A DNA stretch of 64,000 nucleotides from an uncultured bacterium (GCA_963845185.1 CAWJRG010000010.1:832001-896000); one strand, 5' to 3'; numbered from the stretch's first letter, positions 20,829 to 30,678 are shown. Translations and numbers: made by a program. Notes: generated by a model from the letters alone, not told the origin.

Positions 20829-21577
20829 TATATTTCTTTGCCGACAATCATTATAATACAAGAGCAGGTTTTTACCTTTATGATAAAATCAATCCCACTC
20901 CGCGAAAATCCCCAGCTGATAGAGCTGGGATTAATAGCGCTCCGGGGAGGGAGCAAATTAGAAAATTTTTTAAAGGTGGCTCCACAAATGATTTTCCAAT
21001 AAAATTTTTTGAAGACGATATTTCAGTACTTGCGGGAAAAGAATTCCTGCGGAACTGCAGTCTTCTGATTGTCAATCTGATTTGCGGTACAGGAAGCCTG
21101 GGAATGCCGGGTGAGGAAATAGAGGTTCCTTTGAAAGAATACTGCATGAGAGGAAGGCCTTTATTTCTTGTACATGCAGGCAGCGCAGCGTTCTGGCATT
21201 GGGAATGGTGGAGAAAACTTACAGGTTTGCGCTGGGTAAGGGAAAATAACCCGGAAGGAAAAGAGCCTTCAGTGCATCCTGTAAAGGATTTTTTAGTAGT
21301 CCCAGCCAAGAGCAGTCACACGATTGTAAAAGAATTAAAAAGTTTTGAATTGAAAAATGATGAAATATACACAAAACTTGAAAAGACACAGCCAGTTGAT
21401 GTGCTTATGGAAACAACCATAGATGAAGGTACTTTTCCTATGGCCTTTGTTTCAAAGAATGAGTGGGGTGGCAAGGTGTTGGGATTTTTACCAGGGCACA
21501 AGCCGGAGTCTTTTGAGAATAAAGAACTGATACACGACGTAAAGACAATAATAAAATACGCTTTGGAAGAAAAATAA
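20825..21577 (+). CDS. ThuA-like (class I GATase-like) protein carrying an in-frame repeat insertion
   Basis: VHAGSAAF, HP, DEIY and GH motifs; about 32 extra residues near the N-terminus. Confidence 0.75.
   Translation: MIYFFADNHYNTRAGFYLYDKINPTPRKSPADRAGINSAPGREQIRKFFKGGSTNDFPIKFFEDDISVLAGKEFLRNCSLLIVNLICGTGSLGMPGEEIEVPLKEYCMRGRPLFLVHAGSAAFWHWEWWRKLTGLRWVRENNPEGKEPSVHPVKDFLVVPAKSSHTIVKELKSFELKNDEIYTKLEKTQPVDVLMETTIDEGTFPMAFVSKNEWGGKVLGFLPGHKPESFENKELIHDVKTIIKYALEEK
20891..20988. repeat. Palindromic repeat family B, copy 2 (intragenic, in frame)
   Basis: Matches both ends of 45602-45771. Confidence 0.85.
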
Positions 21578-21625
21578 GGTACCGCTTGTCTGGGTAGTTT
21601 ATTTATTAAATGATTAATGGAAACT

Positions 21626-21660
21626 GCCAGTCAAATAGTCCACAGGACTATTTGACTGGC
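21626..21660. repeat. Perfect 16-bp hairpin abutting family A copy 1
   Basis: GCCAGTCAAATAGTCC-ACA-GGACTATTTGACTGGC; related hairpin at 48876-48902. Confidence 0.8.
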
Positions 21661-21742
21661 TTGAGCCTCGGACTTGAACGGGTACAATATCTCGTAATGT
21701 TTTGTCTGCGCTATGAAGCTTGACAAAACAAACGATCTATTG
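21658..21742 (+). repeat. Structured element family A, copy 1 (5'-truncated)
   Basis: GCCTCGGACTTGAACGGGTAC followed by the GTAA..TGC..TT..AAC hairpin; ends at SD GGAGG. Confidence 0.85.
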
Positions 21743-21752
21743 GAGGCAGAAA

Positions 21753-22079
21753 ATGAAACAAGGCATGATTGTAACGACAGCATTTGAGATTCCGGGAAAA
21801 GAGATAGTTGAAAGCAAAGGGCTTGTGAGGGGAATAATAGTCAGGTCGCCCACAATAGTACAGGGGATATTCGGAGGTTTGAAAACCATAATAGGCGGCA
21901 AAATAGGCGCATACACTGAAATGTGCGAGCAGGCCAGGGAGCAGGCATACGAGGCAATGGAAGAACACGCCGCGGCAATAGGCGCCAATGCAGTTATAGG
22001 CTGCCGTTATGACGCTTCTGAAGTTGCAGTTGGAGCAACCGAAGTGCTTTGCTACGGCACGGCAGTGGTTGTAAGATAA
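21753..22079 (+). CDS. YbjQ/UPF0145 family protein
   Basis: GLKTIIGG, GANAVIG.RYD and YGTAV motifs. Confidence 0.93.
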   Translation: MKQGMIVTTAFEIPGKEIVESKGLVRGIIVRSPTIVQGIFGGLKTIIGGKIGAYTEMCEQAREQAYEAMEEHAAAIGANAVIGCRYDASEVAVGATEVLCYGTAVVVR

Positions 22080-22107
22080 ACAGACACCATACGAACTGAT
22101 TTTGTGT

Positions 22108-22136
22108 TTGACAAAGCAATTTTGAAAGCATATTAT
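22108..22136 (+). promoter_or_regulatory. Sigma70-type promoter upstream of the tandem family A copies
   Basis: TTGACA-17-TATTAT. Confidence 0.6.
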
Positions 22137-22193
22137 TTTATGTACCTACGAAGAATAGTAGATTCGAAGCAATAAAAAAACAAATTATGCCCA

Positions 22194-22388
22194 GCACCTC
22201 TTGACCTCGGCCTTATGGCCTCGGACTGGAGCGGGTACAAGATAGTGTAATATTTTGTCAGCGCCTGTTGACGGCTTGGCCAAGTGGACACCGCTTGTCT
22301 TCGGCCTGATGGCCTCAGACTTGAACGGGTGTATGTCGATGTAATTTTCGACTGCACCCAGCGGGTTTGTCTCAAAAACATCGACATA
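22194..22388 (+). repeat. Structured element family A, tandem copies 2 (22194-22291) and 3 (22288-22388)
   Basis: Two head-to-tail units; the second ends immediately before GGAGG. Confidence 0.88.
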
Positions 22389-22398
22389 GGAGGAATTC

Positions 22399-23094
22399 AT
22401 GAAGAAAATATTATTAGTGTCAGTTTTATGCATGTTTGCGGTGTCAGTGGCTCTTGCACAGCCAAAGAAAACTACAAACGGGGATATGTTTTCCTATATC
22501 CCGTACAAGAGCGCTACATGGAAGCAAAAAACCACGGTTGAGAACGACGCAGGCGTCAATACAATAGAACAGTCTGTGTGGTTCAAAGACAAAAAGATGC
22601 GGACAGAAGGTACGTATCTGGACAAGGGAACAGGCAAGGAAGGGGACCAGATAATAATTGTCACGGATAAATACATGTACGTAATAATTCCCGAAAAAAA
22701 ACAGGGCCTTCAATATTCCATGGACAGCGCGAATAATCCGGAAAAAGAACAGCAAAGCGTGGATAAATTCAGAAAAAACGCGAAGAAGACAGGGTCTGAA
22801 AAAATAAACGGTGTGGAATATGACATTTATAAATATTCATTTAATACCAAAAACGGCGCAAATAAAATTTATGCGGAGATTACAGAATGGCGGAACCAGA
22901 CAGACGGATTTCCGATGAAAACCGAAAGCTGGATGAAAATCACCGGAGAACAAACAGGGACAATGAAGACAATAACCGAAATAAGCGATTTAAAGATAAA
23001 TGCCGCGGTTCCAGACTCCAAATTCGTGCCTGACAGCGATATTCAAATAGGGGATATGGACGAGATGCTGAAGAAGACTGGGCAGAATAAATAG
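22399..23094 (+). CDS. Secreted protein, LolA-like/DUF4412-like
   Basis: Signal peptide; WFKDKKMR, GSEKING, GFPMK and VPDSKF motifs. Confidence 0.65.
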   Translation: MKKILLVSVLCMFAVSVALAQPKKTTNGDMFSYIPYKSATWKQKTTVENDAGVNTIEQSVWFKDKKMRTEGTYLDKGTGKEGDQIIIVTDKYMYVIIPEKKQGLQYSMDSANNPEKEQQSVDKFRKNAKKTGSEKINGVEYDIYKYSFNTKNGANKIYAEITEWRNQTDGFPMKTESWMKITGEQTGTMKTITEISDLKINAAVPDSKFVPDSDIQIGDMDEMLKKTGQNK

Positions 23095-23148
23095 ATATAA
23101 AGCAACAGAGTTATTTTTTAAATATAAACAATTCGGAAGAGGTAACAA

Positions 23149-24177
23149 ATGGGAAGCGTAAAAGAAGTGAAAGTTTTAAAATCTGCGGAAAAAGACAAGG
23201 AAGGCGAAGGAGAATTCATATTTTCAGACAGGTATTCGGTTTTTGACTGGGGAGAAATGCCTGACCATATTGACAAAAAAGGAGCTGCCTTATGCGTGCT
23301 TTCGGCTTTTTTCTTTGATATTCTTGATAAAAAAGGCGTAAGAACGCATTTTTTAGGGCTTGTTGAAGATGGAAAAGCAAAAAAGTTCGCAGAATTAAAA
23401 TCATATTCAAACAAAATGCGCGTCAAGCTGGTGAGGGTGCTAAAACCGGCTTACGACAGTCAAAAGAATTCCTATGATTACTCGGTTTACAACGGCGAAA
23501 AAGACAATTACCTTATTCCTCTCGAAGTGATTTACAGGAATAAGCTGGGAGATGGTTCAAGCGTTTTTAAAAGACTCAAATCCGGGGCAATCACATATAA
23601 GGATATGGGGCTTGACCATGAGCCAAAGCCGGGAGAAGTTCTTGTTGAACCCATAATAGATGTTTCAACCAAGCTTGAGCATATCGACAGGTACCTTGGG
23701 TGGGAGGAAGCAGCGGCAATTTCAGGCCTTTCGCCGGAAGGCATAAAGAAAGTAAAAGACCTTACCCTGCTGATAAACGGCGTCATAAGCGAGTATACTA
23801 AAAAATACGGAATAGAAAACGAGGATGGAAAATTCGAGTTTGCCATAGACAGGGAAGAAAACACCATGCTTATAGACGTGCTCGGGACGCCGGATGAATG
23901 CAGGTTCTCATATAAAGGTTTCCACATAAGCAAGGAATTCGCAAGGCGCTGGTACAGGAAAACAGAATGGTTTAACGAGGTTGAAAAGGCAAAAAAGGAA
24001 AGGGGCCGCGACTGGAAAAAGTTTGTAAAAATAAAGCCGGAGCCGTTGCCGGATGAGATGAAAATCCTCCTGTCGCACATGTACCTCGCAGTTACAAATG
24101 AAATAACAGGCAGGAGATTTTTTGATGTGCCCGAGCTTCCAAAAATCATAGAGGAGTTGAAAAAATATGACACCTGA
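23149..24177 (+). CDS. purC: SAICAR synthetase
   Basis: GSVK, FSDRYSVFD, IPLEVIYR, DGKFEF and GTPDECR motifs. Confidence 0.95.
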   Translation: MGSVKEVKVLKSAEKDKEGEGEFIFSDRYSVFDWGEMPDHIDKKGAALCVLSAFFFDILDKKGVRTHFLGLVEDGKAKKFAELKSYSNKMRVKLVRVLKPAYDSQKNSYDYSVYNGEKDNYLIPLEVIYRNKLGDGSSVFKRLKSGAITYKDMGLDHEPKPGEVLVEPIIDVSTKLEHIDRYLGWEEAAAISGLSPEGIKKVKDLTLLINGVISEYTKKYGIENEDGKFEFAIDREENTMLIDVLGTPDECRFSYKGFHISKEFARRWYRKTEWFNEVEKAKKERGRDWKKFVKIKPEPLPDEMKILLSHMYLAVTNEITGRRFFDVPELPKIIEELKKYDT

Positions 24178-24772
24178 AAATGTCCTGGCATACCGCCTGA
24201 GGGTGTTGAACAAAACAAAACAATATTATTACGGGGATACTTTGCTTGATGTGGGCTGCGGTGACGGCCTGGATGATGAGCTTATGCTGAAATATTTCAA
24301 AAGAATAGAGGGAATAGACATAAATGAAAATCCGGCGTGGAACGAGCACAGGAGGGAAAACCTTATATTGAAGAAAGCAGATGCGGAAAACCTGGATTAC
24401 CCGGACAATAGCTTTGATACTGTCATAGAAAAAGACGTACTGCACCACGTGTCTGACCCGGAAAAAGCCTTAAAAGAAATGACAAGAATAGCAAAGAAAA
24501 GAATAATACTAATAGAGGCAAACCGGTATAACCCGCTTTTTTACATTTTTTTGACTTTAATGTGGAAACACAACCATTTCAGACAGAAAAGATTCAAAGA
24601 ACTTGTAAAGTCAAGCGGCCTGCAGTCGGAAATTATGCATTTTTCCGCAAGAGTATGCCCAATAAACAACAGCGGATTTATAAAGTTTTTTGACAAACTG
24701 GAAGATCTTATTGAGAAATTCCCGCCTTATACGCCCATAATAGAATACAACCTGGCAATAATAACAAAATAA
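24167..24772 (+). CDS. Class I SAM-dependent methyltransferase
   Basis: LDVGCGDG, FD and VLHH motifs. Confidence 0.9.
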   Translation: MTPENVLAYRLRVLNKTKQYYYGDTLLDVGCGDGLDDELMLKYFKRIEGIDINENPAWNEHRRENLILKKADAENLDYPDNSFDTVIEKDVLHHVSDPEKALKEMTRIAKKRIILIEANRYNPLFYIFLTLMWKHNHFRQKRFKELVKSSGLQSEIMHFSARVCPINNSGFIKFFDKLEDLIEKFPPYTPIIEYNLAIITK

Positions 24773-25827
24773 TGCTTACCAGGATTGATAATGTTTTAAA
24801 AACAATAACAAAAAACCAAGCATTTTATATTTCCAACGCCTCAGATATTTTTTACCTTACAGGTTTTTCGGGGACTTTTGCCAGGATAATTGTAAAAGAA
24901 AAAAAAGCACATTTTATAACCGATTACAGATATGAAAAAGTCGTTGAAAAAACAGGCATTGAAAAAAAATTCAACGTAATAATAACAAAAGACCATGTAA
25001 AAGATACTAGGCTGCTTTTATCAGAGAGCAAAAAAGTTTATATGAGCAAAAAGACGCAGCTTGAGGAATATTTTTCAGTCAAGGACGGCATGGGTAAAGA
25101 AATAGAGTTCAGCAGCCTTATAAGCGATTTGAGGATGATAAAGGATAACGAGGAAGTAGAGCTCATAAAAAATGCGGTAAAAATAATCGAAGCAGGAATT
25201 AAATATATAACTTCCATTATAAGGGAAGGCATGAGCGAAAAAGACCTTGCAACAGAACTTGAATATTTTATAAAGAAAAACGGAGCTGAATCAATGTCTT
25301 TCCCGCCAATCATAGCCTTCGGGCAAAACTCAAATAGCCCGCATCATATAACTTCCATGAAAAAGCTGAAAAAAGGCGATGTAATCCTGATGGATACTGG
25401 CGTAAAATACAATGGTTATTGTTCTGACTTGACAAGGGTGGCAGGCTTCGGTATAATCAAATCTCGCCTAAAAGAGGTGGAAAAAAACTATAATCTTGTG
25501 CAGGAAGCCAAAAAAATAAGCCTTGATTCCTACAGGATAGGCATTTTCATAAATAAAGCCGAGCAAAAAGCAAGGGAATTCCTTAAGAAATGCGGGCTTG
25601 AGCGGTTTTTTACCCATTCGCTCGGACATTCCCTTGGAATAGATATACATGAATTACCGGCATGCAATTTAAAGGAAAATACCAGATTCAAAAAAGGACT
25701 GGTTTTGACCTGCGAGCCCGGAATATATTTAAAAAATTACGGTATAAGAATAGAAGATGATTACCTGATAACCAGTGCAGGGCCGGAAAAGCTCGGCAGG
25801 ATGAAAGATGATCTTATTGTGATTTAA
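24772..25827 (+). CDS. Xaa-Pro aminopeptidase (M24)
   Basis: YCSDLTR, HSLGHSLGIDIHE, EPGIY and GIRIEDD motifs. Confidence 0.93.
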   Translation: MLTRIDNVLKTITKNQAFYISNASDIFYLTGFSGTFARIIVKEKKAHFITDYRYEKVVEKTGIEKKFNVIITKDHVKDTRLLLSESKKVYMSKKTQLEEYFSVKDGMGKEIEFSSLISDLRMIKDNEEVELIKNAVKIIEAGIKYITSIIREGMSEKDLATELEYFIKKNGAESMSFPPIIAFGQNSNSPHHITSMKKLKKGDVILMDTGVKYNGYCSDLTRVAGFGIIKSRLKEVEKNYNLVQEAKKISLDSYRIGIFINKAEQKAREFLKKCGLERFFTHSLGHSLGIDIHELPACNLKENTRFKKGLVLTCEPGIYLKNYGIRIEDDYLITSAGPEKLGRMKDDLIVI

Positions 25828-25890
25828 CGATTTGACAATAAAATAGTTTAACAAACAAATGCAAAAATAATATCAAGGAGGCAAAGTTTT

Positions 25891-26454
25891 ATGTCTTTAG
25901 CAACAGATTTAAGGCCAGGTGCCATTATAAAACACGAGGGCATAATTTACGAGATAATATATTACCACCATGTCCAGAGGCCCAGGCTGGCGCCGCTGGT
26001 GCGTTTAAAAATGAAAAACATTAAACTTGGCACAGTTACAGAAAGGACTTTCAGCCCTGATGATAAAATGGAAGACGTGGCAGTTGAAGAAAGAAAACTC
26101 CAGTTTCAGTACAGGCAGGGAGATTCGCTTCATTTTATGGATACGGATTCTTATGAACAATACGAGTTTAACGAAAAGCAGATAGGCGAGCAGAGCCATT
26201 ACCTGAAAGAGGAAATGACAATATCCATGATGATATATGAAGGAGAAATCCTCGGCGTTGTTGTTCCGAACAAGGTGGATTTAAAAGTAGCGCAGGCGCC
26301 ACCTGCGGTAAAAGGCGATACGGTGAGCAACGCAACAAAAACAGCGGTGCTGGAAACAGGAACACAGGTACAGGTGCCGCTTTTTATAAAAGAAGGTGAT
26401 ACCGTCAGAGTCGACACAAGGACAGGAGAGTATGTGGAAAGGGTAAGCAATTGA
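25891..26454 (+). CDS. efp: Elongation factor P with atypical tip loop
   Basis: DLRPG, FMD..SYEQ, KGDT, LETG..VQVPLFI and DTRTGEYVER motifs. Confidence 0.96.
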   Translation: MSLATDLRPGAIIKHEGIIYEIIYYHHVQRPRLAPLVRLKMKNIKLGTVTERTFSPDDKMEDVAVEERKLQFQYRQGDSLHFMDTDSYEQYEFNEKQIGEQSHYLKEEMTISMMIYEGEILGVVVPNKVDLKVAQAPPAVKGDTVSNATKTAVLETGTQVQVPLFIKEGDTVRVDTRTGEYVERVSN

Positions 26455-26534
26455 CAAATCCGGGTGAAAATCCCGTAAAATATAACCGGCTTGATGAAAA
26501 AATAAAGCAATAAATTAAAAAGGCGGTGTAAAAA

Positions 26535-27050
26535 ATGCCAAAACAAGAAAAAGAACCCAAAGTGGATATAGATCTTATAAATCAGGTGCTGAAAATAATG
26601 GAAAAAGGAGACCTGGTTGAGCTCCTTGTCGAACAGGATAATTTTAAAATACAGCTGAAGAAAAGCGGGGCAAATATCATGCATTCAACGCCAACAATTT
26701 TTACAACATCGGCACCTGCAAATTTTCAGGCATCCGCAGGGCCTGTACAGTCAGCGGCAAGCACAGGGCCAGCTGCAGAAGCGGCAAAGCCTGTTGAAGA
26801 AGACCCGAATGTTCATACGGTGAAATCGCCAATGGTAGGGACTTTTTACAGGGCTCCGTCTCCTGACGCGGCGCCGTTTGTCAATATCGGCGACAATGTT
26901 TCGCCAGGCCAGACTCTGTGCATAATCGAAGCAATGAAAATAATGAACGAAATTAAATCAGAAATAAAAGGCAAGGTAAAGGAAGTCAGGGTTGAAAACG
27001 GACAGGCTGTTGAATTTAACCAGCCAATTATATTAATAGAAAAGACATAA
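26535..27050 (+). CDS. accB: Biotin carboxyl carrier protein
   Basis: SPMVGTFY and EAMKIMN motifs. Confidence 0.97.
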   Translation: MPKQEKEPKVDIDLINQVLKIMEKGDLVELLVEQDNFKIQLKKSGANIMHSTPTIFTTSAPANFQASAGPVQSAASTGPAAEAAKPVEEDPNVHTVKSPMVGTFYRAPSPDAAPFVNIGDNVSPGQTLCIIEAMKIMNEIKSEIKGKVKEVRVENGQAVEFNQPIILIEKT

Positions 27051-27068
27051 ACTGCAAAGGATGGCACA

Positions 27069-28415
27069 ATGTTTAAAAGGATTTTAATAGCAAACAGAGG
27101 CGAAATAGCGCTGCGAGTTATCCGCGCATGCAAGGAAATGGGCATTGAAACGGTTGCCGTATTTTCGGAAGCCGACGAAAATTCCCTTCACGTGCGTTAC
27201 GCTGACCACGCAATATGCATAGGCCCGGCCCAGGCAAAGGAAAGTTACCTTAATATGCCGGCCATCATTTCCGCGGCCGAAGTTACGGATTCAGAGGCAA
27301 TACACCCGGGTTACGGTTTTTTGGCTGAAAACGCCCATTTTGCTGAAATATGCGCGGAGTGCAATATAAAATTTATCGGGCCATATCCCGACGCCATTAA
27401 GGCAATGGGAGACAAGGCGCGCGCAATACAGACAGCCATCGCAAACAAAGTCCCTACTGTGCCGGGCAGCGGAAGAGTTTTAAAAGACGAGAACGACGCC
27501 GTGGAAATAGCAAAAAAGATAGGGTTCCCTGTCATGATAAAAGCATCTGCAGGAGGCGGCGGCAGGGGCATGAGGATTGCCCATACCGAGCTTTCGCTGC
27601 GCAACCTGTTTAACGTCGCCAGGCAGGAGGCGCAGACTGCTTTTAACGACCCGGCGGTTTACCTCGAAAAATATGTCGAGGAACCAAGGCATATTGAGAT
27701 ACAGATAATGGCCGATGAATACGGCAATTGCATCGCCCTGGGCGAAAGGGACTGCACTATCCAGCGGAGGCACCAGAAGCTCCTTGAAGAAACACCCTCG
27801 CCCATGCTCAACGAAAAATTAAGGCATGAGATGGGACTGCTTGCGGTGAAAATAGCAAAGGCAGTGAAATACGTAGGAGCCGGCACCATAGAATTTATCA
27901 TGGACAAAAACAGGGAATATTATTTCATGGAAATGAACACAAGGATTCAGGTCGAGCACCCGGTTACCGAGGAAGTCACAGGTTTTGACCTTATTAAAGA
28001 GCAGATAAAGGTCGCGTCCGGCAGGAGGCTTTCGTTTCCGCCAAAGGAACTCAAGCTGAGGGGACACGCCATAGAATGCAGGATAAACGCAGAAGACCCT
28101 GATAATAATTTCATACCATCGCCGGGCACAATTACGGAATATAACGTACCTGGCGGTGCAGGCATAAGGATAGACACGCATGTTTACAGGGGATATAAGA
28201 TACCGCCGTATTATGATTCAATGATGGCAAAAATAATAGCAAAAGGAAAAGACAGGGAAGAAGCAATAGAAAGAATGCAAAGGGCGCTTGATGAATTTGT
28301 AATAGAGGGAGTGAAAACAACCATACCGCTGCACAAAAGAATACTGGACAACGAGAATTTCCTCAGGAACAATTATTCCACATTATTTATAGAAAAACTG
28401 GAAAAGGAAAAATGA
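27069..28415 (+). CDS. accC: Biotin carboxylase
   Basis: ANRGEIA, GGGGRG, EMNTRIQVEH and YYDSM motifs. Confidence 0.98.
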   Translation: MFKRILIANRGEIALRVIRACKEMGIETVAVFSEADENSLHVRYADHAICIGPAQAKESYLNMPAIISAAEVTDSEAIHPGYGFLAENAHFAEICAECNIKFIGPYPDAIKAMGDKARAIQTAIANKVPTVPGSGRVLKDENDAVEIAKKIGFPVMIKASAGGGGRGMRIAHTELSLRNLFNVARQEAQTAFNDPAVYLEKYVEEPRHIEIQIMADEYGNCIALGERDCTIQRRHQKLLEETPSPMLNEKLRHEMGLLAVKIAKAVKYVGAGTIEFIMDKNREYYFMEMNTRIQVEHPVTEEVTGFDLIKEQIKVASGRRLSFPPKELKLRGHAIECRINAEDPDNNFIPSPGTITEYNVPGGAGIRIDTHVYRGYKIPPYYDSMMAKIIAKGKDREEAIERMQRALDEFVIEGVKTTIPLHKRILDNENFLRNNYSTLFIEKLEKEK

Positions 28416-28428
28416 TTTGAGGTGATTT

Positions 28429-28791
28429 ATGACGGCAAACATAAATGAAGCGGGCGACATAAAAATTTCAGACGACGCGGTAGCGATGATAGCGGCAATT
28501 GCCGCAAAAAAAGTGGAAGGCGTTATAGGCCTGGATTCAGGCCCGGTGGGCGGCATAGCCGAGGCGCTGGGAATGCAGAACATGACAAAGGGCATAAAAG
28601 TAAGCATGGGAAAAGACAGCGTATCGCTTGATGTTAACCTAGTTGTTTTATTCGGCAAGGAAATATCGGACGTGGGCGCCGAGGTCCAGGAAAAAGTAAA
28701 AGAGGCTATTGAAAATATGACGGGCCTAATAGTCGATAAAATCAACGTTAACATAAACAGCGTCAGATTTGCCAAAGAAAAAAGCCTGTAA
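28429..28791 (+). CDS. Asp23/Gls24 family protein
   Basis: G.IKISDDAV and VQEKVKEAIENMTGL.V..INV motifs. Confidence 0.92.
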   Translation: MTANINEAGDIKISDDAVAMIAAIAAKKVEGVIGLDSGPVGGIAEALGMQNMTKGIKVSMGKDSVSLDVNLVVLFGKEISDVGAEVQEKVKEAIENMTGLIVDKINVNINSVRFAKEKSL

Positions 28792-28810
28792 TAACTAAAG
28801 GAGGACTTAC

Positions 28811-29368
28811 ATGAGAATATTCAACAGGATAATAATCATTATAAACACCGCGTTGTTCTTTATTGTCGGCGCGTTCGGCGTTTCCATAAGCGTAAACCAG
28901 ACAGCCAGTAAATGGTCGCTTGGCTTAATAGAAACGTTTGCCCAGTATTTAAACTCCTCGATAGCGGCCAGGATAATTATTCTTCTTTTCAGCCTGTTCC
29001 TGCTTTTTGTGGCGTTATTCACGACAATCGGCAATATAGAAACCAGAAGGCAGGAAAGGACAGTTGTGCTCGAGTCGCCGCTAGGGGATATTATGGTGTC
29101 TTTGTCGGCAATAGAGGATTTCTCAAAAGTCATTAAAAACCAGATTGACGGCGTAAAGGACATAAAAGGAAAGGTTTTTGCAAAAAGAAAAAGGATGGAT
29201 GTGAGGGCAAAAGTTGTTTTATATTCGGACAGGCCGGTTGCCGAAGTGACACAGGAAGTGCAGGAAGCGATAATAAATTACATCAAGAATACGCTTGGAA
29301 TTGAAGCGGAAATCAAACCCACGATATTAGTCAGTAAGGTTGCGTATAAATCCAAGGAAGAAAAATAA
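28811..29368 (+). CDS. amaP: Alkaline shock response membrane anchor, AmaP-like
   Basis: Two TM helices then G.I.VS..AIED; lies between asp23 and DUF2273. Confidence 0.75.
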   Translation: MRIFNRIIIIINTALFFIVGAFGVSISVNQTASKWSLGLIETFAQYLNSSIAARIIILLFSLFLLFVALFTTIGNIETRRQERTVVLESPLGDIMVSLSAIEDFSKVIKNQIDGVKDIKGKVFAKRKRMDVRAKVVLYSDRPVAEVTQEVQEAIINYIKNTLGIEAEIKPTILVSKVAYKSKEEK

Positions 29369-29370
29369 TA

Positions 29371-29601
29371 ATGAAGGAAATCCTGAGGATTGTTATCCAG
29401 AATATAGGAAAGATAATTGGCGCGGTAGTTGCCTTTTTTATTGCGCTGATGATAGCGATATTCGGGTTTTTAAAAACTATATTCATAGTCCTCTGCGTGC
29501 TTTTAGGGTATTACCTCGGCACGCTTTTTGACGACGGATTATCCTTCAAGAAAACAATAAAAGACATCATGAACCTTTTCAGGCTGGATCAATGGCATTA
29601 A
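29371..29601 (+). CDS. Small membrane protein, DUF2273-like
   Basis: GKIIG...FGFLKTIFI...GYYLG pattern and synteny. Confidence 0.8.
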   Translation: MKEILRIVIQNIGKIIGAVVAFFIALMIAIFGFLKTIFIVLCVLLGYYLGTLFDDGLSFKKTIKDIMNLFRLDQWH

Positions 29602-30029
29602 AAAAAAACAAGAAAACAATATATACGGTAATTGACGCAAATATAAACAGGGCAAAAGAGGGGCTGCGCGTAATTGAGGACATTACAAGGTTTATATTTG
29701 CGAAAAAAAACCTTTCAAAAGACCTGAAAAACCTTAGGCACGCTGTTGACCTGGCCGTAAAAAAAATATCCCTTGATTATAAAGACATGATTTTAAGCAG
29801 GGACAGCGAAGGCGATGTCGGCAGGAGGACATTTGTCAAAAGCGAATTTATGCGGCAGGACCCGCAGGAAATATTAATATCAAATTTTAAGCGCGTAGAG
29901 GAATCCATGCGGGTTCTGGAAGAAATAGTAAAACTCATAGACAAAAAAGCCGCGGCAAGGTTCAAGGATTTGAGGTACAGGGCTTATGTGCTTGAAAAAA
30001 AAGCCGTGCTGGGCTGCAGGCTTAAATAG
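29592..30029 (+). CDS. Stand-alone ThiD2-type domain protein
   Basis: IDANINRAKEGLRVIED, RDSEGDVG and NFKRVEESMRVLEE motifs. Confidence 0.85.
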   Translation: MALKKNKKTIYTVIDANINRAKEGLRVIEDITRFIFAKKNLSKDLKNLRHAVDLAVKKISLDYKDMILSRDSEGDVGRRTFVKSEFMRQDPQEILISNFKRVEESMRVLEEIVKLIDKKAAARFKDLRYRAYVLEKKAVLGCRLK

Positions 30030-30048
30030 GGATAAGGCCGGTGCGGCA

Positions 30049-30678
30049 ATGAAAAAAATTGATTATTCCCTTTATGCCATTATTGACCTGGATTATTTGA
30101 AAGCCGCCGGTAAAAATTATAAAAAATCAGTTGTTTCGGTTTTTCGGGGCGGGGCCACGGTAGTCCAGATAAGATCCAAAAACACGGAAGACAATGAATT
30201 CTATGGAGCGGCTTTATACGCGAAAAAAATGTCGCGGAAATACAAAATACCTCTTATAATCAACGACAGGGTTGATATAGCTTATTGCGTGGATGCGGAT
30301 GGAGTGCATATAGGCTTCAATGACATGCCGCTTTCTGAAACAAGAAAAATAATGAAAAAAGGAAAAATAATAGGGCTGTCGGCAAAAAATGAAAAAGAGG
30401 CGATTGTTGCAGACAAAAAAATGATTGATTATATCGGGCTCGGGCCAGTGTTCAGGACGGCAATAAAAAACACGAAACCATTGGGACTGAAAAAATTAAA
30501 AAGGATTTTAAAGAATCTGAAGAAAGACATAGTGGCAATAGGCGGAATAAAAGAAAGCAATATAGAAAGTTTAAAAAAAGTAGGCGTAAAAAACTTCGCT
30601 ATTATTTCAGATATTTTATCAGCAAAAAATATTTATAATAAAACAAAAAGGATCAAGGATATAATTAGGAGAAGCTAA
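30049..30678 (+). CDS. thiE: Thiamine-phosphate synthase
   Basis: QIR.K, IINDRVD, DGVHIG and VAIGGI motifs. Confidence 0.93.
   Translation: MKKIDYSLYAIIDLDYLKAAGKNYKKSVVSVFRGGATVVQIRSKNTEDNEFYGAALYAKKMSRKYKIPLIINDRVDIAYCVDADGVHIGFNDMPLSETRKIMKKGKIIGLSAKNEKEAIVADKKMIDYIGLGPVFRTAIKNTKPLGLKKLKRILKNLKKDIVAIGGIKESNIESLKKVGVKNFAIISDILSAKNIYNKTKRIKDIIRRS

Noticed and set aside
21670..21679. GGACTTGAAC in family A is the reverse complement of the tRNA T-arm sequence GTTCAAGTCC, also present in the tRNA at 16772-16848
   Set aside because: Flanks do not form a T-stem and no cloverleaf or CCA end is present, so a tRNA or att-site origin is unsupported.
22133..22541. Short ORFs sharing TRSSLRP with ORF 48482-48976
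   Set aside because: The similarity comes from family A DNA read on the minus strand.
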